DNA of 27,092 nucleotides from Saprospiraceae bacterium (GTDB lineage: Bacteria > Bacteroidota > Bacteroidia > Chitinophagales > Saprospiraceae): the NCBI GenBank assembly GCA_020436865.1, contig JAGQXA010000020.1:1-27092 (forward strand), written 5' to 3'. This document shows, one piece after another, positions 1-7,280 of the stretch. The translations under genes were made by a program, and so were the position numbers. The notes under the pieces are model-generated. The model made no database searches and was not told the DNA's origin. It was given only the letters and a program-made list of their open reading frames with translations. Position 1 is the stretch's first letter, and each line of letters starts with the position of its first letter.

Positions 1-1850
1 GCAAAACGCTTCAATTCATCGGAAACAGGTCGAAGCGTCGAATATTCCGAGCGCTTGTGGTTGTAGGAAATGATATGTCCAGACCGTTTTGGATAAGAGA
101 ACGACATCTTCCCCGACGGATTTACCTTCCCGCTGACAATCTCGGCAATCGCCTGCGCGCCGTATACCCCGGGCAGTCCGGCGAACAATACCGCTTCGAC
201 CTCCTCGAACACCTCCGGGATCAGCCTTGGCCGCCCTTCGGTCAGGATCAGTACGACCGGCTTGCCGGTAGCGATTGCCTCCAGGATCAAGCGAGTCTGG
301 CCGGGATCTAGATGAAGATCGTCGATAGTGCCTTGAGTTTCGGCATAGGCCCGATCTTCACCGGTAGCGATCACGATCAGATCGACGTCGGCTGCTGCTT
401 CGCGGAGGGGCCGATCTTCCTGAAAAGCGATCTTTTCCGGGCCGAACTCTGCCAGGAAGGCATCTTTGATAGTCGGCATGTCCTCTGGAAACCAGCGGTC
501 GCCATCGGCGGCAAAGCGGTAAGTCCACCCGCCGCAGAGCGCCACTTTGCTATCGTGGGTGAAGCCGGTGAGTAAGATCTTCTCGTCGCGGATCGGCAGG
601 ACCTTCTCTTCGTCGTTCTTGATCAACACCATGGATTCCCGTGCGGCGTTCAGCGCGAGTTCGACCGTGGCCGGGCTGTTGATCCGTTCCAGTCGATCGT
701 TGCGGGGCATGACCTGATCGAAAAGGCCGAGCTTTAGTTTTACCCAAAGTATGCGCCGCACCGATTCGTCGATACGCGATTCGGGGATGCGGCCTTCCAA
801 GACCAGTTCCCGGAGGTAGCTGCAAAAACTCGTGCTCAGCGGCGCCATAGACATATCCACTCCCGCCATGATGGCCTGATAGGTCGCCTCTTTTTCATTT
901 TCGGCCACGAAGTGCATTTGTTCGAGTGCGATGATGTCGAGCCAGTCGGTGAGGGCGATGCCCCGAAACCCCAGTTCGTCGCGCAAAAGCCCGGTCAGCA
1001 GTTCGCGCGAAGCATGTACCGGGATCCCATTGATTTCGCCGCTGTTGATCATGATCGTCAGCGCCCCCGCTTCGATGGCCTCGCGGAACGGGGGCAGGAA
1101 AAACTCGCGCAGCGCCTGCTCGGGTATTTCGGCCGGCGAGCGGTCCCAGCCCGATCTCGGATCGGAATAGCCCAGGAAGTGCTTGGCACAAGCAGCGGTG
1201 CGATAAGGTTCGGTTGCAGAAGGGTCTTGTATCCCGTTCACCGCCGCCACGCCCATTTTGCCGATTAGGTGAGGATCTTCCCCATAGGTTTCGTAGAAGC
1301 GCCCCCAGGTCTTGGCTTTCCCGAGCCCTAGTACCGGAGCGAAAAGCCAATTGTGGCCCAGGTCGGCAGTTTCCAGCGCGGCCGTTCGGGCTGCCTGGAA
1401 GGCGTGAACGGTGTCGAAACTGCAACCGATGTTGAGATTATGCGGAAAGATCGTGCCATTTTTCAGGTAGCTGGCTCCATGCACGTGGTCGATCCCATAG
1501 AGGATGGGAATATCCGAGTATTGGGCGTTCAGGCTTTGGATGGTGCTGGTCACGTAGTACCAGTTTTCCGGGCTAACGGCCCTCCCGTTGAGGAAGGACC
1601 CGATATGCCAGTCGCGAAGGAACCGGACCAACTTTACGGTATCGATCACGTAATGTGTGACGTTTGCGTAGTCTTCCAGAATACTATCCTGAACGATCGT
1701 GGTAATATTGAGCTGGGTCATCTGACCGATCTTCTCTTCCAGGGTCATCCGGGAGAGGAGTCTGTCGATCGTGCCATCGAGATCTTCCTGGGCATTAAGG
1801 CGGCAGGCCGCGAGGATCAGCAGTCCGATCAGCAAGAGTTCTTTCTTCAT
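1..1850 (-). CDS. Glycoside hydrolase family 3 (BglX-like beta-glucosidase) with signal peptide; 3' end lies outside the window
   Basis: Absent from the ORF track because it is open to the window edge. Hand translation from ATG at 1850: MKKELLLIGLLILAACRLNAQ...MTLEEKIGQMTQL...PILYGIDHVHG...GTIFPHN...WGRFYETYGEDP...CAKHFLGY...IALTDW...VLIKN...GKVNPSGKMSFSYP. KHF and TDW (nucleophile Asp) are GH3 hallmarks. Confidence 0.93.
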   Translation of the reverse strand, partial: MKKELLLIGLLILAACRLNAQEDLDGTIDRLLSRMTLEEKIGQMTQLNITTIVQDSILEDYANVTHYVIDTVKLVRFLRDWHIGSFLNGRAVSPENWYYVTSTIQSLNAQYSDIPILYGIDHVHGASYLKNGTIFPHNLNIGCSFDTVHAFQAARTAALETADLGHNWLFAPVLGLGKAKTWGRFYETYGEDPHLIGKMGVAAVNGIQDPSATEPYRTAACAKHFLGYSDPRSGWDRSPAEIPEQALREFFLPPFREAIEAGALTIMINSGEINGIPVHASRELLTGLLRDELGFRGIALTDWLDIIALEQMHFVAENEKEATYQAIMAGVDMSMAPLSTSFCSYLRELVLEGRIPESRIDESVRRILWVKLKLGLFDQVMPRNDRLERINSPATVELALNAARESMVLIKNDEEKVLPIRDEKILLTGFTHDSKVALCGGWTYRFAADGDRWFPEDMPTIKDAFLAEFGPEKIAFQEDRPLREAAADVDLIVIATGEDRAYAETQGTIDDLHLDPGQTRLILEAIATGKPVVLILTEGRPRLIPEVFEEVEAVLFAGLPGVYGAQAIAEIVSGKVNPSGKMSFSYPKRSGHIISYNHKRSEYSTLRPVSDELKRF

Positions 1851-1906
1851 GGTACAGGCCGTTTGAGCGAAGCCCAAGCTACGAATTTTGGGTCCAATGC
1901 GCCTAC

Positions 1907-2042
1907 TGATCGGATCAGTATACTGATCGGATCACTTAATTCGAAAATTCCGGGCAAACGACCACTGACAGTTTTGCGAAAAACCGGACAGGCAGTTTAA
2001 CTACCTTTCTCCAAATTTTTCCAAAACACCTTTGATTATCAA
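1907..2042. repeat. Copy 1 of a 136-bp intergenic direct repeat
   Basis: 1907-1998 aligns without gaps to 6575-6666 at 79/92 identities (counted by hand); TTTGATTATCAA at 2031-2042 matches TTTGATTGTCAA at 6699-6710 at the same +124 offset. Confidence 0.92.
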
Positions 2043-2045
2043 CGA

Positions 2046-2080
2046 AATAAAAAAGCCCGAAATGCTCTTGCATTTCGGGC
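2046..2080 (-). terminator. Intrinsic terminator of the fibre/T9SS-cargo operon
   Basis: Perfect 11-bp stem GCCCGAAATGC (2055-2065) / GCATTTCGGGC (2070-2080) with a 4-nt loop, followed on the minus strand by TTTTTTATTT; 33 bp past the stop at 2114. Confidence 0.88.
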
Positions 2081-2113
2081 CGTGAAAGATCTCTGGGCAG
2101 AATTTCCGGCGAG

Positions 2114-4942
2114 CTATCGCACGACGAACACCTTCACCGTCTGGCCGGAGTTCTCCGTACGGGCCTGGATGAGGTACAGCCCGCTCTCATAGTTGCTGGC
2201 ATCCCAGTCGAAGCGGTAGATACCGGGGGCCAACAGGCCGTCGGTCAGCACCTCACGGGTGCGACCAAAGGCGTCGAGCACGGTTATTTGCACGAACTTC
2301 TCTTCGGGCAGGTCGAATTCTACCGTCGCTATGAAGGAAGCCGGATTCGGGTAACAGTGCAAATGCTCTCTCCCCGAAGCCAGGTCTGGTGGATCGGGCT
2401 GCAAGACTTGTTCATTCGGCGGATCATCCAGATACTCGTCTTCACCGGCCGTCAGCTCTTCGGCCGGATCGGGAGCAAAGTTGTCGTCAGTATCGCAGGG
2501 CAAAATAAGCGCCCAGAAGTCGGAACCCCGTTCAGCGGTAAATCCCTGATCGGGCATCGCGCCAACCTGCAGCACGATCGTCTCACCCGATTGATAGATC
2601 ACCTTACTGCCGTCGGCCACCGTACCGTCGGAGGTGATCAGATCCTGAGCGATGTAAATCCCCGAGGCTACCATACCCGTTAGATCGAGAGTGGGTGGGC
2701 AGTCGGCTAACAACGAGAAGTAATCGGTGGTGTACATCCCTCGCCCGTGAGTAGCCGCTGCCACTACATGGTCGGTCGATCGATATCGCAGCATGTCGAT
2801 CCGTACGTTCGCCAGCCCGAAGTTGTTTGTCGGATTCCACCGGGTATCGGCGCCATCGAGTTGAGAGGTCGACCACACGCCTACCTCCGTGGCGATCAGC
2901 GCCTGGGTGGAGTCGAACGGATGGAACATCACCCAGCGCACCGGAATGTCGACAGGGGCGAAGTCGCCTTCGACGTCCACCCAGGTGGCTCCGCCATCCG
3001 TGGTTTCAAAAATACTGACCACCCCATAGTTGGAGTACGAGATCAGCAGGTGGTTGTCGTTGTTGGCGTCGACCGCCACGGAAGAGAGATAATTTCCGGA
3101 GGGTGCGTTGAGGTTGGTCGCCGTAATGCCCCCATTCTGATCGGCATTATCGATCATAAACAGGCCGCCGGAGTTGAGGCCCATGAACACTCGGTCGGGT
3201 GTGACCTTCGAAATGGCAAAGGCGCTCACCCGGCTGTTTCCAAAGGCGCTCACCGTTTCAAAGGTCAGGTTATTGCCGCCTCCCACGTCGGTAACCCGAC
3301 CGAACATGTCGATGGTATCGGCCACGTACAGCACATTGCTATCGGCATCGTACTCGGCAGGGGCAATGAAGCGGCGGTACGGGTCGCTCACATAAGGAAC
3401 GATCGTAGCGCCAAAGTTCGCGCCGTCGGTCGCCAGCCGGAAGACGCCGTACTGGGTCGAGGCAATTTGAATGGCTGGATTGTCATCATCGATGAAACAC
3501 CAGCCTCCATCGGCTCCGACCGGCTGAGTGGTGGTGCTCAAACCCGGATTGGAGAAGCGCTGCGTACCGTTGTCCTGGGTGCCGCCGAGGATCACGTCGG
3601 GCAGCGTCGGATGCATGGCGCAGGCATAGAACTGGGTGACGTTATAACCGTTGTTGCGATCCATAGGGGTTGGCACAGCAGCCGAGCCATCAGTGATTCG
3701 GTACACACCGCCGTCGTTGCCCAGTACCATTTCGTCGGAACTGCCCTGGCGATATACGATCGCGTGATGGTCGGAGTGAATTCCGGGAACGGCCGTCCAA
3801 CTCGCACCGCCGTCATTGGAAACCGAGAGGTTTACCCCGCCGGCCCATAGGCGACTTGCGTTATTCGGATCGACGGCGAGGATGAGGTCATACCAGGCCT
3901 GCTTGCCGAAGCTGCCCGGACATGTGGCCGCATTCCACATCGCGCCCGAATTGGTCGTGCCGAACACCGCCAGACAGTTGCCGCTGGTAGCATTCGCCGT
4001 ATCCTGATAGATGACGTAAACCGTGGCGGCATTGTTGGGAGCGCAGGCCAGCTCGATGCGGCCGTAGCCGGACGTCGGCAAGCCCGTATTGACCGGATTC
4101 CAGGTCATCCCATTGTCGGTCGAGCGATACACGCCGTCGAAGTAGACGCCCGCGTACAGGTCACCGTTGGCGGCGATCTCGACGTCGGAAACAAAGTTGC
4201 CGTTGGCGAACAAGCCCTGTGCCAGGATCGGCGGCCAGGTATTGTTCAACGGATTGAACTGCCGTAGCCCGCCGTTTGTGGCCGCCAGAACGGTGCCGTC
4301 GGCCAGTACCACGATCTTGTTCACGCAGGCGTTAATCGGTGGCATGCGCTCCCAGTTTTCGCCCCCGTCGATTGAACTCCAAACGCCCAGACTTGGTCCG
4401 ACCACCGCGTCGAAATTGCCCCAGCACTCGCCGGTTCCGAAGTACATGTTGTCGGCGTTCATGGGGTCCTGTGCAATGGTAGAGATGGCCAGATTATCGA
4501 AAAAGTCGTCGATGTTCCGCCAATTCGGATTGCCGGCATCGATATTCTCGGTAACCCACAGGCCGCCGTCGACTCCGGCGGCCCAAACGGTCAGGCCGGT
4601 CGGGTCGTTGGCGTCGATCAACAGCCCGCGCGTACGACCGCCCACATTTGTCGGTCCCCGTTCTTCCCAGAAGATCGGCAACGCGTGGGCGTCCTTCTGC
4701 AAGCGTCGCATTTCGGCGATCTGAAGGGCTTCGAGCAGTCGTTCGACGGGAATCGTGTTGGTCTTCGGATCGTGGGTCATCTCGTATTCCATTTCGTAGC
4801 GCCCAAGGATGGTTTGCTCGAGCGCTTCCCGTTCTTCTTCGTTCGGTTCTAATTCAGTATGGTTCAGCCAGTACAGGCTTGCTATGGCGAGCAGCAATCC
4901 TGCCGGCAGAAGTATGGATCGGAAGTTGGTATTAGTCCACAT
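2114..4942 (-). CDS. T9SS type A sorting domain protein: Asp-box/BNR (VPS10/GH74-like) beta-propeller, probable 3-coathanger-stack-like domain, acidic linker, CTD
   Basis: 942 aa; N-terminal hydrophobic signal; WEERGPTNVGGRTR; Asp-boxes WSSIDGGENW, YRSTDNGMTW, SVSNDGGASW, FETTDGGATW; ...FTAERGSDFWALILPC; C-terminal CYPNPAS...ASNYESGLYLIQA...TVKVFV typical of the T9SS CTD. Confidence 0.85.
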   Translation of the reverse strand: MWTNTNFRSILLPAGLLLAIASLYWLNHTELEPNEEEREALEQTILGRYEMEYEMTHDPKTNTIPVERLLEALQIAEMRRLQKDAHALPIFWEERGPTNVGGRTRGLLIDANDPTGLTVWAAGVDGGLWVTENIDAGNPNWRNIDDFFDNLAISTIAQDPMNADNMYFGTGECWGNFDAVVGPSLGVWSSIDGGENWERMPPINACVNKIVVLADGTVLAATNGGLRQFNPLNNTWPPILAQGLFANGNFVSDVEIAANGDLYAGVYFDGVYRSTDNGMTWNPVNTGLPTSGYGRIELACAPNNAATVYVIYQDTANATSGNCLAVFGTTNSGAMWNAATCPGSFGKQAWYDLILAVDPNNASRLWAGGVNLSVSNDGGASWTAVPGIHSDHHAIVYRQGSSDEMVLGNDGGVYRITDGSAAVPTPMDRNNGYNVTQFYACAMHPTLPDVILGGTQDNGTQRFSNPGLSTTTQPVGADGGWCFIDDDNPAIQIASTQYGVFRLATDGANFGATIVPYVSDPYRRFIAPAEYDADSNVLYVADTIDMFGRVTDVGGGNNLTFETVSAFGNSRVSAFAISKVTPDRVFMGLNSGGLFMIDNADQNGGITATNLNAPSGNYLSSVAVDANNDNHLLISYSNYGVVSIFETTDGGATWVDVEGDFAPVDIPVRWVMFHPFDSTQALIATEVGVWSTSQLDGADTRWNPTNNFGLANVRIDMLRYRSTDHVVAAATHGRGMYTTDYFSLLADCPPTLDLTGMVASGIYIAQDLITSDGTVADGSKVIYQSGETIVLQVGAMPDQGFTAERGSDFWALILPCDTDDNFAPDPAEELTAGEDEYLDDPPNEQVLQPDPPDLASGREHLHCYPNPASFIATVEFDLPEEKFVQITVLDAFGRTREVLTDGLLAPGIYRFDWDASNYESGLYLIQARTENSGQTVKVFVVR

Positions 4943-4970
4943 AGTCGATATTTTTTTAGGTGAACTAATC

Positions 4971-6272
4971 TTATTCTCTTTCTTTGAGCCGCTCCACTTC
5001 TGCCTTCAGCTGGGCATTTTCCAGTTGCAAAGCCTGCAGGTCTTTGTTCAGTTGGATGACGTAAAGAAATAGTTCTTCGATCTTGACTTGCTGGTCGACC
5101 GCATTGTGGCCGAGTTCCAGGCCTTGTGCCTCCACCTGTGCGGTCGACGGCATTTCGGGCAACCGGCCATGCTGCTGAATATGTGCTTCCACTTCCTTCA
5201 GATCGCGCAGCGGATATTCAGGTGCAAAAACGAAGTCGGCCCAGCCGGTCCGCACCCTTACTTCTTCGGTCAGCACCCCGCCGGCTGCATAGAGCGTGTA
5301 TGCCGAAATGTCGATCCCTCCGGCATCGTCGGGCGTTTCGATCGTTCCGATGGCCAGTTTGCCTTCGGGTTTCAGCACCATCAATGTGTCGAGGTCGACT
5401 GAGGCGTCGGTACCTCCCTGGAAATATAGATGCCCTTCGTCGCCGACGGCCAGTTCCATGTAATCGGAACCGCGCTCAAAGAGGAAGGCCGGCCGGTCGG
5501 CATTGCTGACGGTCAGCAGGCGCTGCGGATCGGTCGTGCCGAGGCCGAGGCTCCCCTCGCCCGTGAGCACCATGTGGTCCGTGAGGCCCGGGCCCGTATC
5601 GTCGGCGCCCCCGCGGAAAAGCAGGTTTCCGGAATCGTTGTAGATCTCATAATCGTCGGCCGCATCGCTCTCGAGCCGGAAGACGGGCGACTCATCGGAG
5701 ATCGTGAGCAATTGGTCGGGCGTATTGGTGCCCAGCCCCAGCCGCCCGATGGCCGTCAGCACCATGTAGTCGGTCAGCCCCGGGCCGTGGTCGTCGGCGC
5801 CCCCGCGGAAAAATAGTCCGCCGTCGGGTCCGCCGTACAGCTCGTAGTCCATGGCGTTCAGTCCGTTCTTTTCCCAGCGCACGACCGGGGTTTCATCGGA
5901 AACGGTGAAGAGTTCGGACGGATCGAAGGTGTTGACGCCCACATTGCCTTCATGAGCTACGGTCATCCGCATCACAGGCCAGGGGGTGCCGGTCATAAAG
6001 ATCAGATTGCCCGGCACCGTATTGTTACCGACGGGGCCCGACACATAGGTTCGGATCTTCGCGGCGGGGTGATAGTAGCCATCGAGCACGAACCCCTGGA
6101 AACGCAAGTCGCCGATCGTATCGCCTTCGATCACGGCGGCGTTCTGCTGCAGGATGGGGTCCCAGCTATTGTTCTTATTGATGTCGAGAGCCGGGTACTG
6201 CCCGACAGAGCCTTGGCCATAGGCCAGTTGCATCACCGGGATCAAGGCAAGTAGCAGGAAGAGCTTTTTCAT
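4971..6272 (-). CDS. Exported fibre-like protein with three ~65-aa GxxGIGT-type repeats and a C-terminal chaperone-like (S74-related) coiled-coil domain
   Basis: Preferred start MKKLFLLLALIPVMQLAYG|Q at 6272 (the track's 6344 start adds a non-signal extension). Repeats start GNVGVNT, GRLGLGT, GSLGLGT, plus a partial GKLAIGT. C-terminus WADFVFAPEYPL...LPEMPS...KIEELFLYVIQL followed by a heptad tail. Confidence 0.75.
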   Translation of the reverse strand: MKKLFLLLALIPVMQLAYGQGSVGQYPALDINKNNSWDPILQQNAAVIEGDTIGDLRFQGFVLDGYYHPAAKIRTYVSGPVGNNTVPGNLIFMTGTPWPVMRMTVAHEGNVGVNTFDPSELFTVSDETPVVRWEKNGLNAMDYELYGGPDGGLFFRGGADDHGPGLTDYMVLTAIGRLGLGTNTPDQLLTISDESPVFRLESDAADDYEIYNDSGNLLFRGGADDTGPGLTDHMVLTGEGSLGLGTTDPQRLLTVSNADRPAFLFERGSDYMELAVGDEGHLYFQGGTDASVDLDTLMVLKPEGKLAIGTIETPDDAGGIDISAYTLYAAGGVLTEEVRVRTGWADFVFAPEYPLRDLKEVEAHIQQHGRLPEMPSTAQVEAQGLELGHNAVDQQVKIEELFLYVIQLNKDLQALQLENAQLKAEVERLKERE

Positions 6273-6574
6273 AAGTAAAAGGTTATGGGAGGTTAAGTAA
6301 TAGGCCAACGGAGACGGCCCCTTGCCGCCGGGCAAGAGGCACAAAAGGATTCTGTCTGAAATGTTTGGGTTAGCGGATCAGAGGGCAGGCTCGAACTTCG
6401 GAGTATTCGGTATCGTAGGGGTCAATGACAGACGAAAAAGGTTGTCTGCCGCGGTAACTGTTGAAAATCAACCCCCTAAATATAATCTTCTTGCTCGCGA
6501 AAAACCAGTCCCGGAACAGAATATTTGGCAGCCGCCCGACAAAGTCAATCCCGAATCCGCCCCCGAACCCCTAG

Positions 6575-6710
6575 TGATCGGATCAGTATAGTCATCGGAT
6601 CACTTAATTCGAAAATTTTGGGCAGACCACCACTGACAGTTTGCGCGAAAATTGGACAGGCAGTTTCTCCCGAAAAATGCGAAATCGGCAAAAAGGCATT
6701 TGATTGTCAA
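6575..6710. repeat. Copy 2 of the 136-bp intergenic direct repeat
   Basis: Same orientation as 1907-2042 and 4668 bp away; shares TGATCGGATCAGTATA, ATCGGATCACTTAATTCGAAAATT, ACCACTGACAGTTT and GGACAGGCAGTTT. Confidence 0.92.
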
Positions 6711-6735
6711 GCAGTCACAAAAACAGCCTTAGGAT

Positions 6736-7263
6736 TCATCTCAGGAACCGAATGACCTCTGCCAGATCGATAGGAACGGCCGCGTTCAACACCAACCAGT
6801 CGTGGCCCTCTACGGCCGGGCGACCGTACTTGCAGTAACTGTTCCAGATGTGATCGACGTACCAGGTCGGCTCCATCCCCCAACGGCGGTCGGAGGCCTT
6901 CCGCTCCCGAAAAGTAGCCTCGTCGATATCCAAGAAGATCTTCTTGTCGTACAATTCATCGACCGCCGGGTCGGCAAAGGCGAGCAAACCCTCCACCAGC
7001 ACGACCCGAAACTGCAGCAGGCGCTCCTCGATCGCCTGGCGCAGTTTCCTGAAATCGATGGAAGCCGGGCACTCCCAGTCCACCAGGTCGTTGATCCGGG
7101 GGATCTGTTCGATAGGAAAAACGAACTCATCCTGGTGAAGAATGGTCGTCGGCTTACCTTCTTGTTGAAAATATTGCTTTAGACGTTCGGCCAGAGTGGT
7201 CTTCCCAGCTCGACTGGCCCCGCCGATGCCAATTACCATTCTTTCCTTATTTTGTTCTCGCAT
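6736..7263 (-). CDS. P-loop nucleoside kinase of the uridine kinase / nicotinamide riboside kinase superfamily (NRK-like)
   Basis: Walker A GGASRAGKTT, then HQDEF, DWECPASIDF, VLVEGLL and WYVDHIWNSYCKY; 175 aa. An alternative start at 7239 (MVIGIGG) is possible. Confidence 0.8.
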   Translation of the reverse strand: MREQNKERMVIGIGGASRAGKTTLAERLKQYFQQEGKPTTILHQDEFVFPIEQIPRINDLVDWECPASIDFRKLRQAIEERLLQFRVVLVEGLLAFADPAVDELYDKKIFLDIDEATFRERKASDRRWGMEPTWYVDHIWNSYCKYGRPAVEGHDWLVLNAAVPIDLAEVIRFLR

Positions 7264-7270
7264 ATCGAAT

Positions 7271-7278
7271 CAAAATTA
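7271..7278 (-). promoter_or_regulatory. Bacteroidota sigma70 -7 element for the kinase gene
   Basis: Minus strand reads TAATTTTG, an exact TAnnTTTG match, inside the 17-bp gap between the divergent kinase and pnuC starts. Confidence 0.55.
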
Positions 7279-7280
7279 GG

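Noticed and set aside
1907-1998. Repeat pair as CRISPR, IS ends or integron attC sites
   Set aside because: Only two copies 4.7 kb apart in direct orientation; no spacers, cas, transposase or integrase; no attC-type RYYYAAC/GTTRRRY ends seen.
2032-2042. TTGATTATCAA as an FNR box
   Set aside because: FNR needs TTGAT-N4-ATCAA; the spacing here is too short.
2747-3850. 367-aa plus-strand ORF and similar long antisense ORFs (9541..10527, 23218..24369, 24963..26036, 17747..18754)
   Set aside because: Each lies fully opposite a well-supported gene and shows no recognisable motif.
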